Shown in pieces: positions 1 to 8,871 of a stretch of 64,000 nucleotides of DNA (position 1 is its first letter; each line of letters starts with the position of its first letter). A program made the position numbers and the translations under genes. Origin of the DNA: a virus; IMG/VR virus record IMGVR_UViG_3300050821_003884, positions 1 to 64,000 of that record; one strand, written 5' to 3'. The notes beneath the pieces are model-generated. The model was not told the origin of the DNA. It did not search any database and saw only the letters and a program-made list of their open reading frames with translations.

Positions 1-133
1 GGCGTCGATTGAGGCGGGTAGCCCGCGCTCAAAGGCAATATCGGGAGTGGCCATGGGGAGTCCTTTTCCTCCCCAAGCTGACATTCAGCCTTGGTGGCTG
101 ACGTTCTCGCCCCGAGAATCAAAAACCCCAGCG

Positions 134-386
134 CTGGCCAGAGTTTGGCCAGAGCGCTGAGGTTGATTTTCTTGTAAGTTATTGATTCTATGGAGCGGGA
201 GAAGGGGTTCGAACCCTCGACATTCAGCTTGGGAAACTGACTAGATTGTTGTCTTTCGTTGGAGTTAGATGGAAATGGTGTACTTGGACGTACCTGTAGA
301 ATCAATAGTTTACGACCCCTCAAAAATCGCTGGCCAGAGTTTGGCCAGAGTTCAATCTGGAAAGTTTGGCCAAAGTCTGGCCAAAG
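134..386. other. attP: attP region with integrase arm-type repeats and IHF-consensus sites
   Basis: Tandem TGGCCA(G/A)AG repeats at 134-154, 330-350, 365-386. WATCAANNNNTTR matches at 175-187 (minus) and 300-312 (plus), one on each side of the tRNA fragment. Confidence 0.75.
191..240 (-). tRNA. 3' half of tRNA-Gly(CCC); attP core, not a complete tRNA gene
   Basis: Minus strand reads TCAGT-TTCCCAA-GCTGA (anticodon arm, CCC) ... GGTTCGAACC (T-loop) ... CTCCCGCTCCA (acceptor stem 3' side + CCA). No D-arm or 5' acceptor strand upstream. Lies just downstream of the integrase. Confidence 0.85.
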
Positions 387-394
387 ATTACGCA

Positions 395-1630
395 TTAGTT
401 AACCCTTCCCATGAGTATCTCTACGACCTCTGTATGCACGGCGCGGGCTTGGTCTAGGACGGGCTGAGCTGACTTTCCATAGCGGTCGTTGGTGGCCTTG
501 TCGCCATGGCGCAGCAGTTGCATTTGAATCGCCTTGACCTCTGCTGAGGTTTTGGAAACCTTACCGACGAGCGCATTGTAAGCATGGCGGTAGGTGTGAA
601 AGCCGGTGCCTTTAGGTATGCCTCTGAGTTTGAATTTCGCCGCCATGCGCCACAAGGCCGGGAGATGATAATCCCGTTGTATCTCACTGCCTGAGAGTGG
701 TCGTCCCGTCTGCGCGGAGCCGAACAGCCATCCGTTGACGGAAGGGTACGCTTCTTTGTAGTACAGAAGCGCCGCAGCCACCCTGTCACACATCGGAACC
801 GGGGCCTTGGAGTGTTCGGTCTTGGTGTTTTCCCGGATGTGCTTACCAACCACGCTGCGCACGATTTTGATCTTCGGTTCCGGTCCATCGAAGTCGATCT
901 CGTCCCACTTCAGGGCCATAAACTCGCTCTGGCGCATTCCGGTAGTGTAGGCAATTTGCTGCATCATTTTCACATGGCTGGGTGTCTCCGGGTCGCCCTG
1001 CATCCATTGGTACTGCTCTGGAGTGATAAAGAACTCGCTGCGGTCTACGGGCGGCGTTCCCGCCTTCTTCACCGCGAGTGTGGTGCCAGCGAGAGGATTA
1101 TAGGGCAAGTAATGCTTACTCTTCGCATACTTCATCATCGCCACGAGTATGGTGCGCAGATGCCTGCGTAACCCCCGCGAGGCTTGCTGACTGGGATTAG
1201 CACGCTTAGGTAGATCGCCCTGAAGCCAGTTATTGATGTCGTACTCTTTCTGGACGAGCTGATCGAGGCGCATCTCGCCCCACTTGTCCTCCAGATATTT
1301 CAAGTGGCCCATGGCTGTGTCTTGGCCATGCGGTGTTCGTTTCGGAATCTCGTCTACAATGAAAAGGCGAGTAAGATCGCGGAAGGTTACCACCGCCTGA
1401 GAGCCATTGATTCGGTCGAGGAAATCTTTAAATTTCGGACTCTTTCTCAGCGATGCCTCTGTAGGGAACTCATCCTGATCGCCAAGGGTTTCAACTGGTC
1501 TTTCCACGGTTCCGTCTGGTAGATAGCGACGATACCGCACCTTCCAGATTTGCTTTCCCCTGTACGGGAATAGTTGTGGGCTTGGATTTTGGTACGACTC
1601 AATGCGGTCAAGCTTTCCTGTTTTGCTCAT
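395..1630 (-). CDS. int: Phage tyrosine integrase
   Basis: TGMRQSE (catalytic R), FHTYRH (HxxR), LLRH and DRYG (catalytic Y); 411 aa; adjacent to att site. Confidence 0.95.
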   Translation of the reverse strand: MSKTGKLDRIESYQNPSPQLFPYRGKQIWKVRYRRYLPDGTVERPVETLGDQDEFPTEASLRKSPKFKDFLDRINGSQAVVTFRDLTRLFIVDEIPKRTPHGQDTAMGHLKYLEDKWGEMRLDQLVQKEYDINNWLQGDLPKRANPSQQASRGLRRHLRTILVAMMKYAKSKHYLPYNPLAGTTLAVKKAGTPPVDRSEFFITPEQYQWMQGDPETPSHVKMMQQIAYTTGMRQSEFMALKWDEIDFDGPEPKIKIVRSVVGKHIRENTKTEHSKAPVPMCDRVAAALLYYKEAYPSVNGWLFGSAQTGRPLSGSEIQRDYHLPALWRMAAKFKLRGIPKGTGFHTYRHAYNALVGKVSKTSAEVKAIQMQLLRHGDKATNDRYGKSAQPVLDQARAVHTEVVEILMGRVN

Positions 1631-2283
1631 ACTGTCTTTACTTCCTCCCGGATACTAGGTTCAGGTATTTCTTCCGATAATTCGGCCCATTCCACATATG
1701 CTTCTATGTCTAAAAGCCCCATCTCGCGCCTGAATTCTATCGACCGATATTCCTCTAGGCGCTGATATACCTCTAGACACTCTTTGGCTTCTTCTAAATA
1801 CTCGCTCCGAATACCGCTCACGAGGCGCTTGATTCTGTTCTCCCGCTCATCGCAGTTGAGTGGTTTAAGCGTTATGCCACCTAGATCAATACGGCGACCG
1901 TTAATGAGGAGGTCTGGATGGAAAAAGTCGTAGTTAAAAACTGCTACGCTGCCGTTCTTCGCCGCGTATTGCGCTGTCCACGAATGCTTCATGCGGTTGA
2001 AGTATTTTCTACTGGAATGATCTGTAAGCTCCACGGGACGTTCTGTTACGTTGCCGCTTTTGTCTAACTCGATCACCATATAGCTGGGAGTTAGGTCGGG
2101 GTCACCGGGGGAGTATGGGTTGCTATCAACCTTTACTCTTTGCATGTAGTCAAACATAGCGCTATCTTCCCGCCGAAAGCGCAGAATCTGAGAACAGGAC
2201 CGCATGAGGTCTTCAAGGTCATCAACTGTAGCCACAGCCAACACGTCCAAACTCACTAGCTTGTTAGGTTTAATTGTGCTCAT
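1627..2283 (-). CDS. Hypothetical protein
   Basis: 218-aa ORF overlapping int start; no recognised motif. Confidence 0.65.
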   Translation of the reverse strand: MSTIKPNKLVSLDVLAVATVDDLEDLMRSCSQILRFRREDSAMFDYMQRVKVDSNPYSPGDPDLTPSYMVIELDKSGNVTERPVELTDHSSRKYFNRMKHSWTAQYAAKNGSVAVFNYDFFHPDLLINGRRIDLGGITLKPLNCDERENRIKRLVSGIRSEYLEEAKECLEVYQRLEEYRSIEFRREMGLLDIEAYVEWAELSEEIPEPSIREEVKTV

Positions 2284-2755
2284 GCTGTTTTTTCCCCTCC
2301 CGGATAATTCTGCTCTCTACTTCTTCAAAGCCCCGCACGAGTGATTTCCCCCGGCGTTCGAGACGGCGCTTCATAGGTGTAAAATCTTTCCGACGAATAT
2401 CCATACAAAAAACAAAATCTTTATCGAAATAGTCTCGCATTGCGGTGACAGCCGCCTTATCATTACCTGCATCAAGCAGTTGTACTATTTTTTTAAACGT
2501 GCGATCTTGCTTGTCCTGCTCCTGTAGGCGAGTCAGCATAAGCCGGTTATACCTTGCTTCCCACGACAGCTTTTCCCAATCTCTAAGTTCATCTATTTGC
2601 TCTGGAGTGAACTCGGGAATGCTGGGTTTTCGCTCCTTATTCCAGTACGGCGATTTACATTCTGGGCATCTCTTTGGTGGTTCTGCGATGCGCGGGTTCC
2701 ATTCATGACCGCAGCGTTTACAGGCGAGTTGAGGTAGTACAAGTGTTGTTTCCAT
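2270..2755 (-). CDS. Zn-ribbon domain protein (paralog family)
   Basis: CKRCGHEWNPR...PKRCPECKSPYW N-terminal motif. Confidence 0.7.
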   Translation of the reverse strand: METTLVLPQLACKRCGHEWNPRIAEPPKRCPECKSPYWNKERKPSIPEFTPEQIDELRDWEKLSWEARYNRLMLTRLQEQDKQDRTFKKIVQLLDAGNDKAAVTAMRDYFDKDFVFCMDIRRKDFTPMKRRLERRGKSLVRGFEEVESRIIREGKKQHEHN

Positions 2756-2787
2756 GTATTAATCATCATGGTAGCAGTGTGTATAAG

Positions 2788-3072
2788 TCAAGCCTTTTTA
2801 CGACTCTCCGGTTCCCGAATAATCACTGGCGTCGCAGGCTTCGGCGTGGTAGATAATTCCACCCCATGGGCAAGTGCGGCCTTCACTTCGTCTGGATCAA
2901 ATCGCCGGTAGACTTTTGCGCCGTTACGTATGCCGTGCCAAGGAATCTTGCCTGCCATGGCCATCTCCCGGACCCACTTCGAACTGAAGCCGATCAGCGC
3001 GGCCATCGCCGTCGCATCGACGAGGTTCGTGTTGCCGATCTGGATCACGTTGCATGCATTTTTTCTAGGCAT
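2788..3072 (-). CDS. Excisionase-like/MerR-type HTH DNA-binding protein
   Basis: Small, LVDATAMAALIGFSSKWVREMAMAGKIP...YRRFDPDEV; near int. Confidence 0.7.
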   Translation of the reverse strand: MPRKNACNVIQIGNTNLVDATAMAALIGFSSKWVREMAMAGKIPWHGIRNGAKVYRRFDPDEVKAALAHGVELSTTPKPATPVIIREPESRKKA

Positions 3073-3074
3073 AA

Positions 3075-4007
3075 TTAAATTCCTTCCTTCGCCTTTTTAA
3101 TTTCTGCGATCTGCTCTGCCAGCGACTGCGGCCCCTTCGACGACGTGGGGACGATCAGGGGCTGCGGCGATGCTCTGCCGTTGGGTAATCCCGTGAATGG
3201 CTTGCCGAAGCGATCCAGTGGCCCAGCCGCAAAGCTGGTGACGTTTCGAATCCAGAGCGACGGACGCTCAGCGTGGTTCACGTCGGATTTGTAGCGGTGC
3301 CGCAGATAATTTTTAAATTGCTCGATGCTGGTCTTGGGAGAAGCGGCAAGCCACATGGCCAGAGCTTTTCCTTCTGCGCCATCCCACGGCATCTCCGCGT
3401 CCGGGTTTTTCGATTTCCAGTACTCCCCGATGGCAGCCTTGTGCTCTGCGTGGCGGTGCTCAACAAGTTCCGTCTTAGTCGGCCCCTCGCGCTTCTTAGC
3501 GCGAGAAGGTTTCCCTGCTGAGAGCGCGTCGAGTACTTCTGGCGGTGGGTGTCCATTCAAACCCGCCGCATCGTCGGCGGAAGGTTTTAGTTCTTTATTC
3601 CTTGATCCCTTCCTTGATCCTTGATCCTTGATCCTAGCCGAACTTTCTCGACTGTTTCTCGAATCCTCGCGAATCTTCTCGAATTGCGGTAACTTACTTT
3701 TTGAAGGATGATCTATCTTCTGTTCTAGCAACCAGTTAGTAATTTCAATATAGTGGCGGCTATCTACCTCGTAGCGAAAGATACACTTCTCACGCTCTAA
3801 CTCCGTCAACCATCCGTCGATTAGTCCCGGAACGTCGGTATCGTAGGGGAAAAGAAGGCTCGCGAGCATTCGCGAGGAACCCCGGAGTCGCCCTTCGTCG
3901 TCAGCTTGAGTCCAGAGCAGAATGAAGCACAGGCGGGCGTCACGGGATACATTCCCCATACTCTCCGACTGGGGAAACTCCGGCTTGATCGTGCGTATCC
4001 TAGCCAC
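3075..4007 (-). CDS. Phage replication initiator/replisome organiser
   Basis: N-terminus MARIRTIKPEF...ARLCFILLWTQADDEGR typical of phage Rep N-terminal wHTH; low-complexity linker; C-terminal domain. Confidence 0.75.
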   Translation of the reverse strand: MARIRTIKPEFPQSESMGNVSRDARLCFILLWTQADDEGRLRGSSRMLASLLFPYDTDVPGLIDGWLTELEREKCIFRYEVDSRHYIEITNWLLEQKIDHPSKSKLPQFEKIREDSRNSRESSARIKDQGSRKGSRNKELKPSADDAAGLNGHPPPEVLDALSAGKPSRAKKREGPTKTELVEHRHAEHKAAIGEYWKSKNPDAEMPWDGAEGKALAMWLAASPKTSIEQFKNYLRHRYKSDVNHAERPSLWIRNVTSFAAGPLDRFGKPFTGLPNGRASPQPLIVPTSSKGPQSLAEQIAEIKKAKEGI

Positions 4008-4287
4008 CGGCGTACTCCGTTTTCGTCATGCTTCCTCCCGGACACACGGATTTGCGTTCGCACACAATGTGCGCCCCACTTTCTCTTTCAAGTAACAGGG
4101 TTAGCTCGCTTCCAGTCAGCCTTAGCTTCGAAGTGAAAGGGGCCAGTTTGGAATCTGGCCCGCATTTCTTGGAAGCGATAAGGCGGGCATCCGGTCATGA
4201 CCCGGATTCGGCCAATCTACTCTTGGCCCGGAAACACGTCAAGGAGAAAAATTTAGGGCGGATAATATATCCACGAAGGCTATTTAA

Positions 4288-4305
4288 TGATGATGATCAT
4301 CATCA
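4288..4305. promoter_or_regulatory. Palindromic operator-like site A (copy 1)
   Basis: Perfect palindrome TGATGATGATCATCATCA in the divergent intergenic region. Confidence 0.7.
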
Positions 4306-4429
4306 TTTTTCTAATAACACACTAAAACTTCCTGTTATTTGCCGCTTCCAAACGTTGGCGACAAGTGGCAAATAAATTTTATTTAACTTATCTTTCAACA
4401 CGATATCCATTGATTAATTCCATACAGGC

Positions 4430-4458
4430 TTGACAAGAAAAACACCTCGTACTATGGT
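4430..4458 (+). promoter_or_regulatory. Sigma70-type promoter of rightward operon
   Basis: TTGACA-17 nt-TATGGT. Confidence 0.55.
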
Positions 4459-4510
4459 GCCGCTAGTTAGATCGGCTGAATAAGTGATCTACAGAACATG
4501 AATTAAATGA

Positions 4511-4528
4511 TGATGATGATCATCATCA
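4511..4528. promoter_or_regulatory. Palindromic operator-like site A (copy 2)
   Basis: TGATGATGATCATCATCA downstream of the putative promoter. Confidence 0.7.
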
Positions 4529-4581
4529 ATTCATACTCTTCGTACACGCCACCACGGTGTTCTTTAAAAGGGATAAATCAG

Positions 4582-5787
4582 ATGCCAGAACTCCTCGTTC
4601 CCGACATGGAAGTTGAACAGAATGAAGTAGATCAGATATCGCCTACGGCGCTGGCGCAGCTTAATCGGGGCGATCACGCGGCCATGGTGTATACGGCCAA
4701 CTTACCCGGCAACCGCCGCAGGCTGGTGGAATTCGATTCCAGACTCAGGTCTTACGCCAACCACTCCCAGCCGATTGCGCTTTCGATGTTCTACTCCCTG
4801 CCTCGCGCCGGGAAGCAGATCATCGGCCCCAGCATCCGCTTCGCCGAGATCGTCGGTCCATGCTGGAAGAATTGCCGGACAGATTCACGAGCCTTGGGTG
4901 ATGACGGGAACACGGTCACAGGGCAGGGTCTTTTCTTCGATTACGAGAACAACTACTGCAACGTCGCCTCGATGCCGCGCCGGATCACAGACAAGAACGG
5001 ACAGCGCTACAACGACGACATGATTGTCACCACACTCAATGCCGCCATGGCGGTAGCGAAGCGAAATGCCGTGCTTAGCGGTGTACCTCGGGCGCTCTGG
5101 ACTCCGGCTTACGAAGACGCGCAATTAACCGCCGTGGGCAAGGCCGCGTCGCATGCCCAGCGCGTGGCCGACGCCATGGAATATTTACACAAACTAGGCA
5201 TCACTGAATGGCAAATCCTGAACTCTGTCGGTGTGCCCAGCACCAAGGAACTGGAGACGGAGCATCTGGTCACACTGCGTGTCCTGTGTTCGGAACTCAA
5301 GCGCGGCGACAAGACGGTGGAAGAAGTATTCGGCTCTCCCTACGACAAGGAAATTACTTCGCTCTTCACCCAGCTCAAGATGAACGACGCGCAACAGCGC
5401 ATGCTGCGCCAGTCGTACATGGGAAGAGCTAAAGAGCTGGCTGAGTACCTGAACGGGCGACTAGGGCCATCACGGCCAGCGCCAGCTAAGACTCAGCCAG
5501 CACCACCTGCTGCGGTTGCGGGGGAGGAACCGAGGCCGCAGCAGGACGCAGAGTGGCCGCAACAGGATGTGGAGCCTATGCCGCAGGCCGCCCCGGAGAC
5601 GATCACAGAGGCTCCGGAGACGGTTGCCGTAGAGCTGACAGCGACGGACTTCGGCTTCGGCGAAAACGCGCCGCCCGAGGAATATACAGCGCCGCCGAAA
5701 CAGCGTGGACGGCCCAGAAAGCCCCCGCAGAGCGTTCCGGTAGAGCCGGAGCAGGGCGACACAAGGGATGACGCATTCGCATTTTAA
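4582..5787 (+). CDS. Conserved phage protein, possibly recombination/ssDNA-annealing
   Basis: YSLPRAGKQIIGPSIRFAE motif recalled from phage recombination modules; acidic Pro-rich tail ending DDAFAF like SSB/SSAP tails; start moved to ATG 4582 (track start lies in the operator). Confidence 0.55.
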   Translation: MPELLVPDMEVEQNEVDQISPTALAQLNRGDHAAMVYTANLPGNRRRLVEFDSRLRSYANHSQPIALSMFYSLPRAGKQIIGPSIRFAEIVGPCWKNCRTDSRALGDDGNTVTGQGLFFDYENNYCNVASMPRRITDKNGQRYNDDMIVTTLNAAMAVAKRNAVLSGVPRALWTPAYEDAQLTAVGKAASHAQRVADAMEYLHKLGITEWQILNSVGVPSTKELETEHLVTLRVLCSELKRGDKTVEEVFGSPYDKEITSLFTQLKMNDAQQRMLRQSYMGRAKELAEYLNGRLGPSRPAPAKTQPAPPAAVAGEEPRPQQDAEWPQQDVEPMPQAAPETITEAPETVAVELTATDFGFGENAPPEEYTAPPKQRGRPRKPPQSVPVEPEQGDTRDDAFAF

Positions 5788-5805
5788 GGAAAGGAAGGGA
5801 AGCAA

Positions 5806-5913
5806 ATGACAACGCTCATTCTCACGCTTGTTTTATTCGCAGCAGTAGCAGCAGCCACATGCGGGCCGGGAGGCGGAATCCCGAGTCCGATTGGGATTGG
5901 GCAAGGGGCATAA
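5806..5913 (+). CDS. Small hydrophobic peptide (35 aa), below ORF-track cutoff
   Basis: Purine-rich SD upstream; MTTLILTLVLFAAVAAATCGPGGGIPSPIGIGQGA. Confidence 0.4.
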   Translation: MTTLILTLVLFAAVAAATCGPGGGIPSPIGIGQGA

Positions 5914-5955
5914 GCGCCGGAAACAGGACTGACGCGTTTGAACGGGAGGGTTGAG

Positions 5956-6186
5956 ATGCCATTTCCAAAAACCTACGCCGATTTAATTTCGGCTGGATTT
6001 AAGTTCTCTAAGTTCGGCACCTGCGCTGGCTGCCACGCCCGTGTTGAGTGGTGGCACACGTCGTCAGGAACGCTCATGCCGATGAATGAAATGCCCGACG
6101 GCAATTCCGAAGCTGTCACGCATTTCGCGACGTGCCCGTATGCCAAGAGCTTCAGGAAGAGACAGGCGGCAGGAGTGGCCAAGTGA
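5956..6186 (+). CDS. Small Cys/His Zn-finger-like phage protein
   Basis: GGAGG SD; CAGC...HFATCP. Confidence 0.65.
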   Translation: MPFPKTYADLISAGFKFSKFGTCAGCHARVEWWHTSSGTLMPMNEMPDGNSEAVTHFATCPYAKSFRKRQAAGVAK

Positions 6187-6208
6187 GTGCCGGGGTAACA
6201 GGAGCGAT

Positions 6209-7495
6209 ATGACAGCGACGATGATTAGCCAGCCGAAGACGCGAGAACTGCCACTCGACGCGATCAAATTCCGCAAGGATTTATATCCACGCCTTGAAAC
6301 AAATGCCATGACGGTGCAGAAGTACGCCGAGGACTTGAGCGTGCTCCCACCAATCGAAGTGAATCAGCACAACGAACTGATCGACGGGTGGCACCGATGG
6401 ACAGCGCATAAAAAAGCCGATGCGAAAACAATTCTCACTATAGCCACCGAGACTGCCAGCGACGCAGATTTACTGGAATTGGCAATCGAGCGCAACGCGA
6501 CTCACGGCCTGCAACTTTCGCAGGAAGACAAAAGGGATATGGCGAAGCGCATCTACGAGAGCACGCCAGAGCGCCAGCGTAGCGAGAAGAAGAAACGTCT
6601 CGAATTAATTCTATCCGTCTCGGAGCGGACCATTCGCGAATGGCTTGCGCGAACCGACAAAGATTCAAAGGAGAAGCGAAATAAGCGCATCTTCGACTTG
6701 TGGCTGGCCTGCCACACGCAGGAGGAGATCGCGGAAGAGGTCGGCGTCACCAAAGAGACAGTGAGTGAGATTTGTCAGAAATCGGCAGAGTTGCCGGAAT
6801 CTGACAAACCTGCCGCATCGCACCTCACCGACTTCGAAGTTCCAATTTACAACGTCTGGAAGCAGCAGGAGAAGTCCGCCGGATCAGGCCATTTCGGCAA
6901 CAGCGAAGTCCGCTGGGTTGATAACCTGCTCTACCTCTACACACAGTCATTCGATATCGTCGTTGATCCGTTTGCCGGTGGTGGTTCGACTCTCGATATC
7001 TGCAAGAAACGTTTTCGTCGCTACTGGGCGAGTGATCGGAAGCCGGTGCCGGAGCGTGCTCATCAGATACGCGAACACGATCTTACCAAGGGCCTGCCAC
7101 CGCTGCCGCGCTGGCAGGATGTAAAGCTCGTATATCTTGATCCGCCGTACTGGAAGCAGGCGGAAGGAAAATACAGCGACGATCCTACCGATCTTGCGAA
7201 CATGCCACTCGAACAATTCACCGAAACACTGGCTGGTATCATTCACAGCTTTGCGAAGAAATTAAAAAGCGGTGCCAAGATAGCGCTACTACTTCAGCCC
7301 ACGCAATGGAAGGCACCTGAGCGCGAATATACAGATCACGTCGCCGATATGATTCGCGCCATCAAGCTTCCTATTGATCTCCGCGTGCAGTGTCCATACG
7401 AAAGCCAGCAATGCACCCCGCAGATGGTGGACTGGGCAAAGCAGAATCGCAAGGTGCTCGTAATCTCACGCGAACTGGTGATCTGGAGAGTCTGA
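6209..7495 (+). CDS. ParB/Srx-like domain fused to amino-methyltransferase (N6A/N4C) domain
   Basis: LPPIEV...LIDGWHRW (ParB N-terminal), central HTH, VVDPFAGGGS (SAM motif I), LDPPYW (motif IV). Confidence 0.85.
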   Translation: MTATMISQPKTRELPLDAIKFRKDLYPRLETNAMTVQKYAEDLSVLPPIEVNQHNELIDGWHRWTAHKKADAKTILTIATETASDADLLELAIERNATHGLQLSQEDKRDMAKRIYESTPERQRSEKKKRLELILSVSERTIREWLARTDKDSKEKRNKRIFDLWLACHTQEEIAEEVGVTKETVSEICQKSAELPESDKPAASHLTDFEVPIYNVWKQQEKSAGSGHFGNSEVRWVDNLLYLYTQSFDIVVDPFAGGGSTLDICKKRFRRYWASDRKPVPERAHQIREHDLTKGLPPLPRWQDVKLVYLDPPYWKQAEGKYSDDPTDLANMPLEQFTETLAGIIHSFAKKLKSGAKIALLLQPTQWKAPEREYTDHVADMIRAIKLPIDLRVQCPYESQQCTPQMVDWAKQNRKVLVISRELVIWRV

Positions 7496-8568
7496 TGCAG
7501 GAGGAAAGATACGGGTGTCGCAACCATAGCTATTCCGCGTGGCATCGGCGACATTCGATAGAACGATTTGTCGGCGGCGAAGATGCTCACGTGCTGTCGA
7601 TGATCGATCTTGACGGCGCACTTTTTGTTGAGTGTGACGACGGCACCAAGGAACCACTGGCACTCTTTGAGGTTGCAGTGGACGTTGGTCAGAGCGTAAA
7701 GCCAGCAACTGTTATCCGAAAACTTGCACAGCGATGCCGAGGCGAGATGCCTGCGTATGTTGTGCTCTACACCCTCGGACAAGAGGCGAACCCTGCCGAC
7801 TCATCCGCTTTAGATATCACAAAGTTCCGGAAACGCCGCGTGTGGCCGGACCCAGAAAAAGAATGGGAAGTTCTATCCCCAAAGCAGTATGCGGAGAAAT
7901 TGAAAGAGATTAGAGAGTGGGCTGTGCATAGGCTAGATTCTGTGTCGGGAATCAAATTGGCACCCATTCAAACCGCGATGGCGGGAAGCAACGCGGACAT
8001 CTTTCCCTCGATTGCTAGGCTATACATTCCGCAAGGCGCGAAGGTTTTAGATGCAACGTTCGGAAAAGGTGTGTTCTGGGCAAAACTGAACGGCAGCGCT
8101 ACTTCGTTGAAATTAACAACAAACGACATTGCCGATGGAGCGCAGCATCATCAGGACTTCAGAAAACTGAGCTTTCCAGACGAAACATTCGATGTCGTAG
8201 TGCTCGATCCGCCATATACCTACAGCCCTAAAGGGACTATCAAGCCGTCTATCGCAGATTGCTACGGCCTTAATGACTCTCCCGATATTTCCTGCATGAA
8301 GAAAGTATGGGAGCTTTACCGCGACGGCATCCATGAAGCGCATCGCGTGCTCCGAACCGGGGGGATTTTGATCGTTAAATCGCAGGACTGTATTCAGGCG
8401 GGGAAGCAGTGGTGGACGCACGTCGCAGTGATGAGATCGAAGGGGTTTATCTGCGAAGACCTCTTCGTACTTGTACAGAACGTGACTCCGGCCATGGACC
8501 CAAAATGGAAAACGCAAAGGCATGCAAGAAAGAACCACAGCTTCTTCGCTGTCCTGAAGAAGCAGTAG
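7495..8568 (+). CDS. DNA amino-methyltransferase with extra N-terminal domain
   Basis: VLDATFGKG (motif I variant), VVLDPPY (motif IV), EAHRVLRTGG; TGATG coupling with upstream gene. Confidence 0.8.
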   Translation: MQEERYGCRNHSYSAWHRRHSIERFVGGEDAHVLSMIDLDGALFVECDDGTKEPLALFEVAVDVGQSVKPATVIRKLAQRCRGEMPAYVVLYTLGQEANPADSSALDITKFRKRRVWPDPEKEWEVLSPKQYAEKLKEIREWAVHRLDSVSGIKLAPIQTAMAGSNADIFPSIARLYIPQGAKVLDATFGKGVFWAKLNGSATSLKLTTNDIADGAQHHQDFRKLSFPDETFDVVVLDPPYTYSPKGTIKPSIADCYGLNDSPDISCMKKVWELYRDGIHEAHRVLRTGGILIVKSQDCIQAGKQWWTHVAVMRSKGFICEDLFVLVQNVTPAMDPKWKTQRHARKNHSFFAVLKKQ

Positions 8569-8583
8569 TGTCGGGAGGCAAGT

Positions 8584-8868
8584 ATGACAAAGATGCAAGT
8601 CAACAAAACCAAAGCAAAGCCTTTTAGGGTGCGGGTAACGTGGAGCGAACTTTGCCCCATTGAATACACATTCGCCACTGAGGCCGAACTGGAGGCATTT
8701 TGCTACGGGATTGATCAATACGACATCGAACGCAGCGATGGCCCCTATAACGAAGGGGTGTGCATAAGCAGGCGGAACGCCGATGGCACATATAGTCAAC
8801 GCTGCGCCGCCAGCGATGAGTGGGAAGACGACGAGTTTGAGTGGGACGACAACGTTGTGTATGCGTGA
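8584..8868 (+). CDS. Hypothetical acidic protein
   Basis: GGAGG SD, operon position. Confidence 0.6.
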   Translation: MTKMQVNKTKAKPFRVRVTWSELCPIEYTFATEAELEAFCYGIDQYDIERSDGPYNEGVCISRRNADGTYSQRCAASDEWEDDEFEWDDNVVYA

Positions 8869-8871
8869 GCT

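Noticed and set aside
191-270. Complete functional tRNA gene
   Set aside because: The 5' half (D-arm, acceptor 5' strand) is missing.
4507-4581. MMMMIII N-terminus of the 426-aa ORF (and similar DDDHHH/MMMIII stretches elsewhere)
   Set aside because: These are translations of the palindromic operator; the real start is more likely 4582.
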